Shown one piece after another: positions 14,201 to 26,014 of a stretch of 64,000 nucleotides of DNA. How positions within the stretch are numbered: position 1 is the first letter of the stretch; the number at the start of each line of letters is the position of its first letter. The DNA is from Paragordius varius. Lineage: Eukaryota > Animalia > Nematomorpha. The notes under the pieces are model-generated. The model saw only the letters and a list, made by a program, of their open reading frames with translations, did no database searches and had not been told where the DNA came from. The DNA lies in the NCBI GenBank assembly GCA_964247055.1, contig OZ176051.1:14756001-14820000 (forward strand), read 5' to 3'. Position numbers and translations under genes: made by a program.

Positions 14201-17200
14201 AGACAGAATCTTTTTCAAAATATTCGTTTATTACTAAAAGGATAAAGTATTACGTAATAATTTTAATTTTATATGTTCTATATAGTAATCGTATTTAAGA
14301 TCATATGAAAGAGTATATATCGATAGTAAACATTTATTAATAGCATTCCAATTATAATTACACTAGATTAACCTTCGAATAAATGACTACGATTACAACA
14401 TCCAAATATTGAGAAAATTGTAAGTTTTTATAATTATACTAAAATGTAAGTTTTTATTATTATAATAACATATTGATAGGTGGAACATTTTTTATCATTT
14501 TATAACTAATTATCATTATGGGATCAAAATTCAGAAGTAGTGCCTATACGCGTACAAGCTTAAATATAATAATGTCAACAAATTTTATGTACAATTGTAA
14601 TTAATTTATTATTTTTGGAAGTTTGATTTTGAAAGGCCGGTAGTTGTTTTACACGTTCCTTATAAAAAAATATTAATGGGTAGGTAATAGACTTCTTACT
14701 AAAAACAGGCAGGACCCTTTTGTGATTTCTCTTTATTTGGCTATAAAAATGCTTTTTCGTTTGAAAATTGATAGAGTTGATAATATATTTTTATATTGAT
14801 TGCAGTTTTGGCTATTGATTCCTATAAGATTCATATACCTTCAAAAGTCTTGTTTTACACTAAAAAAGTTTAATTTAAGAATCTAAAGCGTAAAAATATA
14901 CAGACAACGGAAAACATAGAGAATTTTTTTTATAAGACAACAATATTTTTTTTAATTATTCAATTTCAATTATAAAAATATTATTAATTGTAATACTAAT
15001 GCTTCTCTATTTCATACATTGCATTTCACAAAATGGGTTATGCATATTAAACTTGGGTTTAGAAGACCACAGTTTCCTCAAAAAAATTGTGTTTGCGTGT
15101 TTACGTTTTCTGTATAATTTCAATATTTATTGTGCTATTTCGCTTTTAATATTTGTAAATGATTGTTTAAATATTTCTCACTCTCCTAATCCTTAGGATA
15201 CCAACAGTTGATACGAACGACTTATGTAGTGCATTTTACGAACACAACACAAACAAAATCGGTATTTGCTTAAATAGATTTTAGAAATTTCATACATATA
15301 TTTTATATTGAAAGAATCTAGTCAGGTACAATATCGGTGGGTTTTAAAAAATAATGTAATAAAATATAACTGTTAGATAAATGTATTAGGTCATCCATAC
15401 AGCTTTTAGTTGTGGGCCTTAAGAATTATTTTTGAAAATTATTTACACAATGGGGGAAATCCCTATATATCAGAATATGGCAAAATTTGCCCATATATTG
15501 TTGTTTTTTTGTGAATCTAATAGGCTTGATTCCGAATCTCACTTATCATATTTAGTATCAAAAATTTTCAGATGTGGGCTCCAAAACCCATAAATTTTTT
15601 TTAATGTACAAAAATGTCGAGATTTGAGATAAGATTTTTTTATATATGCTAGATTATGGCAGCATAAAATATTATTTTTGAAAAAATACATACTTTGTTG
15701 AATATTATATTCTTAAAAAAACATCGATAAACCGTATTTTATGGAACTTCGGAGCATTCTTAAAACGGTAGCCCTCTAAGATATTATAAAAACTTTTTAT
15801 ATAATTCGATATTGATTCCGAATCTCACTTATCATATTTAGTATCAAAAATTTTCAGATGTGAGCTCCAAAACCCATAATTTTTTTTAAATGAACAAAAA
15901 TGTCGAGATTTGAGATAAGATTTTTTTTATATATGCTAGATTATGGCAGCATAAAATATTATTTTTGAAAAAATACATACTTTGTTGAATATTATATTCT
16001 TAGTAAAACATCGATAACCCGTATTTTATGGAACTTCGGAGCATTCTTAAAACGGTAGCCCTCTAAGATATTATAAAAACTTTTTATATAATTCGATAAT
16101 GCCCACTTTTATGACCATTTCAAAAAGATATCATTGTCATTTACAGTAAATATTAAATATATTTTACAGAAAATATTATAATTTTAAGACCAAGAGATCT
16201 ATAAATGCATCATATTGGTTTAAGTGTGGTTTTTCCTAAGTCGTAAACGACTTATTGGATATAGTTTTAACTATCTCTTTCCATTTTTTTCTATCTTGAA
16301 CCACTATATTGAGCTCTTTCAATGTCATTTTGGTCTCTTCTTTTATCATATCCAACCACCTCATCGGTGGTCGGCCTCGTTTCCTTTGCCCTTCTACCTT
16401 CCCAAACATTGCATCTTTCTCCAGAGAATTCGATCGCATGACATGACCAAAATATGTTAACTTTCTTTTTAAAATTATCTCCATGATGTTTGTTTTAGGT
16501 TTTATTTCTGTAGTTAGATTTCTATTCTTAATTTTATCCTTCCAGGTGTATCCTAGCATCCTACGCCAGCAACTTCTTTCAAAAGCCATGAGCCTTTCTT
16601 TGTCCCTTTTTCTGAGAGTCCAACTCTCACATCCATATGTGGTGACCGGGAGAACGAAACAGTCGAGTAATCTTTTTTTGGTTTCAACTCCTACGCTTTT
16701 GTTTTTCCAAATCTTTATTAATTTTGTCATCGCTTCTCCCAATTTCTCTTTCTGATGTCAGGAGTTGAAGACCCATCCTCTGAAATTATTGCGCCCAAAA
16801 ACGTCAACTGTTTAACATTTCTATTTCTAGTCCTTCTATTATAATTGTAGGCTTTTTTCCTGTACATAATATTTTGGTTTTGTTAGGATTAAGCCTAAGA
16901 CCATACCTCAAACTTTCCTTTCGAATCTCTTCAATCAATTCCTTCAAATCATTTGCACTTTCAGCTATAAGAGTGGTATCGTCTGCAAACCTTAAATTAT
17001 TGATTGTTCTCCCTCCTATTCTTACTCCAATATTTTTACCGTCCAACTTCCTCATTAGCATTTCTGTGCACATATTGCACAGATAAGGGGATAAGCAACA
17101 CCCTTGTCTGACTCCTTTCAAGATAGGTATTTCGTCTGTGTCCCCCGCTGATGTTCTAATAATCGCTCTTTATTTTACACAGAGAGAGCTTATCAGTCTT

Positions 17201-20015
17201 ATTAAGTGAGACGAAACCCCTACTAACTTTAATGTTTCCCACAAGCAGTCATAGTTAATTGAATCGAATGCTTGTCTGTAATCAATAAAACACATGTATA
17301 ATTCTTTCTGGAACTTTTTTGATGTTTCCATTATCCTTCTCATGTTTGAGGTATGGTCTCTTGTGCTTTTTCCCTTCATAAATCCGGCTTGATTTTCTGG
17401 TATTTCTGTGTGTATGATAGTGTGCATCCTGTTTTGTATTACTTTTAGTAAGACCTTACTAGCGTGGCTAATACGAGATATGTTCCGATAATTCTCGCAT
17501 TGTACATCTCCTTTTTTGTATATTGGGAGATATACAGATGATGTCCAGTCGTTTGGCCACTCACATGTTTCCCACACCTTTTGACATAACTTGTGTAACG
17601 TTTCTACAGGTATAGCTTTTATGAACTCTATTGGGATATTGTCTAACCCCATCGCTTTGCTGTTAGGAATTTGTTTTAAGGCTAATTCAACCTCCTCTCT
17701 TAATATATCTGGATCACGTTCTTCTTCTTTTAATTGCAACACCTTTGCTTGAGGAGCCTGATAGAGTTTTTGGGTGTATTCCTTCCATTTTTCTCGTACT
17801 TCTGTTTGTTTGCACAGTATGGTGCCATTCTCTTTTTTAATCTTTTGGGATGATAAAAAAGGTTTATGAGTCATTTGCTTCAGTTTCTGGAACATTGGTT
17901 GCATTAATCCTTTTTTGTTATTTAATTCCACTTCCAGACATTGTTATTAAGATTCATAATCCCTCCTTGTTTGTCGTTGAAATTCTTTGTTATATAATTT
18001 TACCATTTTATTATCACCTCTTAATTTAGCTTTTCTCTTTTCTGCTATCTCTATACTCTTTTCTGATATCCATTTGTTATCTTTCCTCTTTACACTCTGC
18101 ACTTTTTCTTTTGCCACATTAAACATTTTTTATCGTTCCCCATAATTGTTCTGAGCTACATCCATATCCTATTTTCATAATCTATCTTTGGTTTCTGTTC
18201 TAAAACTATTTGTTCCGAGTGTCATATCTGTGTATTATTTAACCTTATTTTTAATTATTTTAAGTTTGATTTTGGTTATTAGAAGCTCATGATCGCTAGA
18301 GCAATCGCTGCTTTTGCTTGTTTTGGTATCGATTATAGAGCTTTTCCATTTTTGAGGACATATTATGTAATCAATTTGATTCTTATATTTACCACATGGA
18401 GAGGTCCATGTGTATAAGATCCTATTGTGTTGTGGAAACCATGTGTTGGTTATCATCATCATTTTCTTGACAGTGCTTCCCCGGCCTCGTTTCATTCTCC
18501 CAATCCATATGGGCCAACTATTTGATCTACTCTACCTCTACCAACTTTGCTGTTCCAATTCCCTCCTATGATAATCATATTTCCTTTCTTCGTTTCATCC
18601 AAAACTATTTGCAACGTTGCTTAAAATTCCTCTATGTCTTCTTTGGGAGCGTTTGACGTAGGAGCATAAACTACTATGTATGTAAATTTAAGTGGCTTGG
18701 CATTCAGCCTAATAGTGATTCTAGGTGTATATGGTGTATAACTAATGAGACTTTTATTATATTTGTTTCTTATTAATACTGCAACGCCTTCAGATTTCTG
18801 GTCATCTCTCCCCGATCTTAACAATGTATAATTATCGTTTTGTACTTTCGCGCTACATTTTTGCTTGGTTTCCGTTAGACCCAGTATATCTAAGTTCAAT
18901 CTTTCCATTTCCATTTCAATTATCACCTGTTTGGTTTCTGTTAAGGAACGTACGTTCCAGCATCCAACTTTGAAAAGTCTTGTTAAGTTCATATAGTAAA
19001 ACTATTTTTTGGCAGTAATAAACGAGGGTGGTTTGCCATTGCCTTCCCTCTCACTTACCCTCTTTACAAAAAATAAATATCTAGAATAATTAAAATTAAA
19101 TATAAATGTTGTTAATTTAGATAAATTATAAATATTAATATTTCACTCTGTCTTATTACCATAGAGATTAATTAAATTTAGTTGGCATTTTTCATTATAT
19201 ATTTATACCTCATAATCTAAGGTATTAATTGTCGCGAATCGACATTTATATGTTTTTTAAGAGAATAACCAGGCCAAATATTTGAGTCTTTGGCATATCT
19301 GAATAAAATTACAAAAATATTGCTATTAAATATAGTATATTGTATTAGGAATGATACATTTAGCTTTCACCAAAATGAATTATTTAACCTAATGGGCGCA
19401 AATTTTTCAATTTTTTTGCTAAGGAGCAATTACCACACAGTGTAATTTTTTTTATAAATGACTCATAAGGCCCAAACCAAAAGCTTTATAAGAGCTCGGA
19501 AAATTTTTAAACTAGAAAATATATATTTCAGGAAAATATTTTTCTGTGAACTGTGTGAAGAGTCTAATCTTTTATATAAAAAGGGAGTTTACGTAAAATA
19601 TTTATATAATTATGCTGTTTCTTAAAATTTGAATTAATACTTTGATTTAAGCTTATGTCATAATGATACTGAAAACAGCTAAGTTTTGATTTTAATCGGT
19701 TTATTGTGGGATTAAATACATTAAAAAAGAAAATTGCTCTTTTTTGCACAAATTAGTTTTATTATTGGGAATTAAAGTAGAATACCCAATATCAAATCCC
19801 ATTTAATTCCCTTTAAGATTTATATCTTTGTAAAATAATTGTACTTTAGTATCTAATTAAAACATTGTTAATAAAAGTATTGTGGCGATATTTCTGTAAG
19901 GTATGAGAAAGATTGGCGGAGGGTGCAGTGGTACACATAAGTCTTTGGATATGTAAAATAGATTTATTTCAAAAATCATGTTATTTTTGGGAAACAATTA
20001 GATTTTCCATTATAA

Positions 20016-20071
<56 letters not shown>

Positions 20072-23000
20072 TTTTTAAGATATTTAAATTTTAAATGGTA
20101 CTGGTTAAGGTAATCAAGCATTTTAAATTTTTCCTCATTTATATTTGTAATAAAAATACTCCCCGCTCTCAAAAGTTGAGGATCACTGATTTAAATCACG
20201 TGACTTTGACCAATTAAAGGAATTGGTCAAAAGAAAATTGGGTAAATATAATTAAACAATCTTATTTAATTTCAAATATTTTATTCAGTTATTTAAACAC
20301 ATTATTTTTTATGAGAAATAAATGATTTTATATTTTTTCGTTTAGTTTTGGGATTGGGGATGCTACAAGGATATTTTTTCGATCCAAATAATTCGGAAGT
20401 GTCCAAATTTGCTAAACTAGGATTTTTGATTTCACACGAAATGATGCATGCAGTAAATAAAAGTAAAGCCTTTAGATAAATATTTTAGAAATAACTTACA
20501 AAAATTAAATTTGGTTTGAATTTGGTTTAAATTGGTTGTATATATATATATATATAATATTTGTTTATCTATTAGTTATTTTACAATCAACAAATAAAGG
20601 TGTAAACCGACACGTCAACTGCTTCAAAACTTTTATAAAACCCTACACTCAAAATATTAAAGGGGTATGTATGTATTTGTTTGACGACTAACACTTTATG
20701 ACCTTTTGGGATTATACCCAGGGCCAGTAAAATTTTAAATATCTTAAAATTTTTATAGCATTGGGCCAAATTAGAATATACTATCTTTAGTTTTTTTCAC
20801 AAAATTAATTTAAAAAATTATTATTATTATTATTATTATTACATTACATGTTTTCACTCGTGAGAGCGGTCATGTTATACAACCTGTCTCGCCATAAAAC
20901 TCTATCTATGGCGTCCTCTGCATTAAGCTCGTATTCTGCTAGCTCTCTTTTTTACTGTATCTATCCATTTTGTTTTAGGCCGCCCACGTCCTCGTTTTCC
21001 CTCAACTATATAACCATCTATTACTTTTGCAATATAATTAGAATCTCTCCTTTCAATGTGCCCGAACCAACGTAGCCTATTTTTTGACATTCTTTCCACT
21101 ATTGGTTTAATATCTGTGCTCCCACGAATAAATCTATTCTCGATTCTGTCCTTTCTAGTTACCCCACACATCATTCTGAGTATTTTCATTTCAGTCACGT
21201 TAAATTGTCTTTCTTCGGATTTTTTGACACCCCATGTCTGTGAATTATACATTATTGAGGGCTGGACAACTGAACTGTAAATCTTACCTTTCACTCTAAC
21301 ATCAATATTTCGATCGCATAATACGCTCGAAATTTTCTTCCAATTTACCCAGCTGCTCTTTATTCTTAAATTAATATCGTCAGTTAACGAACCATCTGCA
21401 CTTAACATAGCTCCCAGATATTTGCAACTTTCTTTACCCTTCAAAACCCAACTATCATCAACTACCATTTCATGTTGTGGACCCCCAAAAGTAATAAGTT
21501 CGGTTTTTGCTTTGTTTACTTTCAGACCATATTGATCCAGCATAACAACCCATCTGTTTACCGTTCGCTTTACCTCAATTAATGAATCAGACAAGATGAT
21601 TATGTCATCTGCATACATTAAGTACCATCCTGAACTCACATTAACAACCTTGGCTACCTCGTCCATACAAATTATAAACAATAAGGGGGTGAGTGATGAG
21701 CCTTGGTAGACTCCATGCTTTATTGAAAAGGGCTCTGATAAACCTTGTGGAGTTTTAATCCTGGAGGTGTGTGATTCGTATATTTGTAACAACTTAATAT
21801 AACTTTCTGGCACCTTTTTACGACGGAGACTCCACCAAATAGTTTCTCTAGGAATCCTGTCAAACGCCTTCTCTATATCAATCAAAACCCCGTGTAATTC
21901 TTTCTTTTTTTCAATGTGTTTTTCAATCAACCTCCTAACCGCATGTATAGGATCTACTGTTGACTTTCCTGGCATGAAACCAAATTGATTTCCTTCTATA
22001 GATATCATTTTCCTGATTCGCTTTTCAATTATTTTTTCAAACAATTTCATAGTGTGAGACATAAGTTTTATCCCTCTATAGTTACTACATTCATTTATAT
22101 CACCTTTTCCTTTAAATAAAGGCACAGTTAAACTTTCCTTCCATTCAACCGGGATTTCATACGTTGAAACAACTTTATTAAATACACGCTCCAAAAAATT
22201 TAATCCAGAATTTCCAAGCACTTTCCAACAATTTATATTTATGTCGTCCGATCCTACAGCTTTGTTGTTTGGCATTTCTAACAAATTAGATTCTACTTCC
22301 TTTTGTGTAATTGCTTCTATTGGTCTATCAGTAGCTTCAACTGTATTTGGGAAAAATATCTCGTCTACCCCTTCATCTAAAGTCACAAAGTACTCTTTCC
22401 ATCTTTTTAATATTTCTACATTTTCGCACAGCAAGCTTCCATCTTTTCCTTTTATTGCAGTCGCATAACCTGGCAAATCCATCCTGCGTTTATTCCTTTG
22501 CTGCGCAACTTTATACACTTTGTTTAAACCTTGCTTACTATTTAACTCATCATAAAATAAATTCATTTTTTCTTTCTTAACCTGACCGACTAATTTTTTC
22601 AATTCCTTATTTAAACTTTTATACTTATCTCTATCATCATCATTCCTTGTATGTCTCCATTTGTCAAAAGCCTTACCTTTTTCTCGTGACATCAATATTA
22701 TTCTTTCATCGTAAAGCCAAGCCTCTCTGTATACTTGAGATTTTCCGCCTTTTAATCCACAAACTAGAGTTCCTGCCTTTTTGATTAACTGACTTACTTT
22801 ATCCCAATCACCATTTAACCCTCCATCCTCGGATAACCGTATTTCTTTTATAAAAGCCTGCCTTTTTTCGGATAATTTCTCCCACTTAATACTTTTTAAT
22901 CTCTTTGAATAAGAACCACTTTGTTTAGACTTTTCTTTCACGAAAAATTTACAAATAAGTAAATTATGTTGCGAACTAACCTCTAAGTTTGGCACGACCT

Positions 23001-26000
23001 TACAATCTATCACAAGCTTCAATAATTCTCTTGGAACAAGTATAAAATCTATTTGAGATTTGTTTATGCCGCTCTTAAAAGTTACTAGATGACTCTCTCT
23101 TTTTTCGAAAAACGTGTTCGCTATCGCCAAATTGTGAGATTGTGCAAATCTGAGCAAATTAATTCCTTCCTCGTTTCTTTTTCCATAAGAATGTCCTCCG
23201 TGCCATATTTCAAAAGATTCCCTTTTTGAACCAAGATGACCATTAAAATCCCCACATAAAAACTTGACTCTGAGCTGAGGGAGAGCGACTATTTTTTCAT
23301 CTAAAGTCTCGTAAAATTGCTCCTTTTCTTGTTTGGGTAAACCTATTTGCGGGGCATATATACTAAATACCGTTATGACCTCGTTACCTACCAAAATATC
23401 TAAATTCATGATTCGGCTGTTATAGCGTCTAACCTCTTTAACCTGATTGGACAATTTGGGATTAATGATAATTGCCACTCCATTACGTCCGCCACTTTCA
23501 CCTGAGTAATATAGTCGATAATTCTCTTCCAAAGTCCTTGCTCCGTTTCCGCGGTAACGAGTCTCTTGTAATGCCAAAATCAATCTGTTTAATTTTCTTT
23601 ATTCTCACAATATCATTTAACTTTTTTTTTCAATGAACCAACATTTAAACTAGCAAAATACAGGCATCCTGTATTCCTTTTCATTCTCTTTGTATTATTG
23701 GCCACAACACCAAAACCGCGGCTGGCCAGGCCTGACCGGTTATTACTATACACATCAATATTCATTTGACAGCTTTAAACAAACAAAATAAAATAATAAA
23801 ATTGAAGTGTCGAACTAATTATGACAAATTGATAGATGTTAAAAAAAAACCTAGGCTATAGGTATAAACGGAAATTATATTTCGCAATAAAAAAAAACAA
23901 AAATTATGTATAAAACAATATAAATCAAGGGTTATTTTATGTGTCATAGTAAAAAATAAAAATAAATAGTGCTACAATACTTATCCAAGAATACGATCTA
24001 TATATTTAAGAGAATATTAATAGGCAAATTATACCCATCTCAAACTTCTTTTCTTTAAATTCATTAAGTGTATATTACATGGTAAAAAATTGTAAATAAT
24101 CAACTTTGATTTTTAATATTTATCTATTTTAATATGTTTGATTCAATCATGTTTTAATTAAATGTATTTTTCTAAAATCAAAAAACTGAAAAATTCCATA
24201 TTTTATATCTAATATAGGAGAAAAAGGTTTAATTATTTAATTCTAACCGAACCATTCTTTTATCAACTACTTTTAGCTTTGTGTTAGAACACTATTCCAA
24301 ATGTCATAAAGGACAAATAAATTAAAAGGTCATGAAGTGTATATATTTTGTAATTAAAATATTTAAAACATATTTTTTTAATTGGATAGAAACTAATTGC
24401 TATTTTGGATGAATCATTGGCCGATTATTATGGAGTCCGTAACGCCTATCAAGTAAAAATTATAATGATAATAATATAAATTTGTTATAATTTTTTTAAC
24501 GAAGATTAAAATTTATATGAAATAGACGAATTTTATAGTTAAACTTAGATTGATATGAGTTATGTGTCCCAAACTAGTAAGGATATCAGTGGTACACTTT
24601 TATTTATGTGTTTTACTAGTTAAATTTAACATTAACACACTGCAAAAACGGTTCTGATATTATTTATCAAACGGGCATAAAAAAGTGAATGGACACGGGG
24701 TGGCTCCTGTAAAATGTTTGGAACCTAGTTCCGGTTCAACCTTTTTTTGTAACCTTATTTTTATGTAGTTTATTTAAGTATATTAGTTTAAATATACTGA
24801 TAGTAGTAGATAATTAATAAACTTAAGGCCTACCATTGTATTAAAATATGGGAATATCTCTTAATTTTTGATTGCAAAATTAAATCCATTGATCTAAAAT
24901 AAATGGAAACAAAAATCCGACCAGTTATAATAAATCAAAGCTGAACTTCCGAATCCGGTTCCGTTTCTATTTTTGTATATATGTAAAACCATAAAATACG
25001 GATTAATATTTATGCACATCATACTTTAAATACAAATTAATAAGATTTGGGGTACCTTTTACGATGAAATTTAAAATGAATAATACCATGTAAATTATAT
25101 ATTTCTCAATATCTTAAATAATTTATTTGTGCTATACCATGAGGACTATTTTTTAATTTGATGCCGGAGTTTTGGTGCATTTTTGTATTTATAGGCATTT
25201 AAGGTCTGCATTATTGCTATAAAACTTAATTTTTTGAGAGAATCATAGGGCGTAGCTTTTTATGGCGCCTGCTGCATAAATCCGTGATAGCCCCCCCCCC
25301 CCCCCCCCTTTTTTTCATCCATGCAACCCCTTGCATTTTAAAAAAATAATTATAACCGTGGTCATGACCACTCATAAATGGGTTTTTTTACTTTATTTAC
25401 TACAATAACTTTTAATATCTATTTTTTTGAAATAAAGTTAAAAATTTTTAAAGTTCGGCGCCCCTCCGACTATGGCGCCCGTCAGTCCCCCTTTCCTCCC
25501 CCCTAGCTACGCCTCTGCATGTTAAATACCCCTGAAATTATTTTTGTTCTTTTTCCAAACCACCTTCAATCGGTTATACTCTTTAAGTGTGAGAAATTTA
25601 AAGAATAACCAGGAAAAAATTATTGTCTGCCTTAGTCATTTTAATTCTATCAATATATGTGTGTATAATTAATTTTAAAATATATTGTCTAGCTAAATGA
25701 TATTGTTTATAACGATATATGTACTAAGCATTTATATATTATTTTTTAGGCTTTGCTAAAAACGATCACTTTCAAAACACAGGACATACACAAAATAAAC
25801 AGGCAATTCTTAGTAGAATATTCAAAGGTATAATATCGTATTAATTTAATTTTGTCTGATGCATGTTATATTAATATTAAACTATATTATTCATATTCAG
25901 TTCTTTTGCACAGCAACAAAGCCATATTTTAGAGATCTTCTACCAACTATTAGTGACCACCCCCAAGATCCTCAACGGTTTGCTACTTATTTTAATTTCA

Positions 26001-26014
26001 ATTTGGATATATAA
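8256..26014 (+). CDS. M13 (neprilysin/ECE-like) zinc metallopeptidase, copy 3, multi-exon; near-complete but probably disrupted
   Basis: GT-AG exons in consistent phase: 8256-8343 (signal/anchor), 8411-8569 (ANPCVNFHDYSCKD), 8676-9187 (EKLMHTFYRSC), 10024-10142, 11744-11969 (RTMYLYLIYNHL), 12287-12385 (VNQLFNALRREVIHTINES...ILNK), ~13167-13322, 20346-20462 (LGLGMLQGYFFDPNNSEVSKFAKLGFLISHEMMHAV, equivalent to M13 PAGILQPPFF...IGHEITH), 20576-20664 (NRHVNCFK), from 20759 (HWAKLE), 25750-25827 and 25901-26014 (FFC...ISDHPQDPQRF, equivalent to WC...DxHSP...R). Exons between 13.3 and 20.3 kb are not fully resolved. Confidence 0.8.
10494..11170 (+). mobile_element. Arm of a long-TIR (foldback-like) element, in an intron of peptidase copy 3
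   Basis: Colinear similarity to 46561-47060 (e.g. AAACATTAAACTCGAAATTT, GATGTAAAAGTTATTTGG, TTTTACCTAGTGGA) and to the reverse complement of 47790-48112. Confidence 0.65.
12002..12192. mobile_element. Small hAT-type MITE
   Basis: Degenerate CAG...CTG ends (CAGCGATTTTTAAAC / GCAACCCTG) with GGCCC-rich subterminal motifs. No clean TSD. Confidence 0.4.
15526..16097. repeat. Near-identical tandem duplication, 2 x ~287 bp
   Basis: TTGATTCCGAATCTCACTTATCATATTTAGTATC...ATAATTCGATA occurs at ~15526-15810 and ~15812-16097. Confidence 0.9.
16220..19065 (-). mobile_element. RTE-clade (BovB-like) non-LTR retrotransposon, near full-length, decayed
   Basis: Colinear ORF fragments: APE endonuclease (FKVGCWNVRSL, ILGLTETK, VYAPT; 18621-18992), NQIDYII (18235-18495), RT (NYRNISRISHASKVLL, QAGF, FIDYRQAFD; 17170-17931), GVRQGCCLSP and LRFADDT (16804-17121), C-terminus (TYGCESWTL, RGRPPMRW; 16236-16742). 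Many frameshifts. Confidence 0.93.
20017..20070. repeat. (TA)n microsatellite, ~27 units
   Basis: Direct reading. Further (TA)n tracts at ~20538, ~35604, ~36939, ~44251 and ~62998. Confidence 0.95.
20818..23838 (-). mobile_element. RTE-clade non-LTR retrotransposon, near-intact, with (AAT)n tail and putative 8-bp TSD TTAAAAAA
   Basis: An 886-aa uninterrupted ORF, a (TTA)n tail on the + strand at 20818-20841, and TTAAAAAA at both 20810-20817 and 23839-23846. The 5' boundary is inferred from that TSD. Confidence 0.85.
20923..23583 (-). CDS. LINE ORF: APE endonuclease plus reverse transcriptase
   Basis: LQETR, SIYAPQ, GDFNGH, SQIDF (APE); NYRGIKLMSHTMKLFEK, QFGF, IDIEKAFD, GVYQGSSLTPLLF, MYADD, YLG (RT). 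The N-terminus (FASLNVGSL, 23684-23590) is offset by small indels near an A-run. Confidence 0.93.
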   Translation of the reverse strand: MILALQETRYRGNGARTLEENYRLYYSGESGGRNGVAIIINPKLSNQVKEVRRYNSRIMNLDILVGNEVITVFSIYAPQIGLPKQEKEQFYETLDEKIVALPQLRVKFLCGDFNGHLGSKRESFEIWHGGHSYGKRNEEGINLLRFAQSHNLAIANTFFEKRESHLVTFKSGINKSQIDFILVPRELLKLVIDCKVVPNLEVSSQHNLLICKFFVKEKSKQSGSYSKRLKSIKWEKLSEKRQAFIKEIRLSEDGGLNGDWDKVSQLIKKAGTLVCGLKGGKSQVYREAWLYDERIILMSREKGKAFDKWRHTRNDDDRDKYKSLNKELKKLVGQVKKEKMNLFYDELNSKQGLNKVYKVAQQRNKRRMDLPGYATAIKGKDGSLLCENVEILKRWKEYFVTLDEGVDEIFFPNTVEATDRPIEAITQKEVESNLLEMPNNKAVGSDDININCWKVLGNSGLNFLERVFNKVVSTYEIPVEWKESLTVPLFKGKGDINECSNYRGIKLMSHTMKLFEKIIEKRIRKMISIEGNQFGFMPGKSTVDPIHAVRRLIEKHIEKKKELHGVLIDIEKAFDRIPRETIWWSLRRKKVPESYIKLLQIYESHTSRIKTPQGLSEPFSIKHGVYQGSSLTPLLFIICMDEVAKVVNVSSGWYLMYADDIIILSDSLIEVKRTVNRWVVMLDQYGLKVNKAKTELITFGGPQHEMVVDDSWVLKGKESCKYLGAMLSADGSLTDDINLRIKSSWVNWKKISSVLCDRNIDVRVKGKIYSSVVQPSIMYNSQTWGVKKSEERQFNVTEMKILRMMCGVTRKDRIENRFIRGSTDIKPIVERMSKNRLRWFGHIERRDSNYIAKVIDGYIVEGKRGRGRPKTKWIDTVKKRASRIRA
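25245..25517. mobile_element. ~270-bp hAT-type MITE
   Basis: Ends ...GGGCGTAGC / GCTACGCCTCTG with internal poly-C. Colinear with 28439-28686 and partially with 60651-60800. Confidence 0.8.

Noticed and set aside
19913-20172. ORFs with YIYIYI runs
   Set aside because: Artefacts of the (TA)n microsatellite.
20848-22580. Plus-strand ORFs (20848, 21056, 22241, 22347), and likewise 16224, 16483, 16874
   Set aside because: Antisense shadows of LINE coding sequence.
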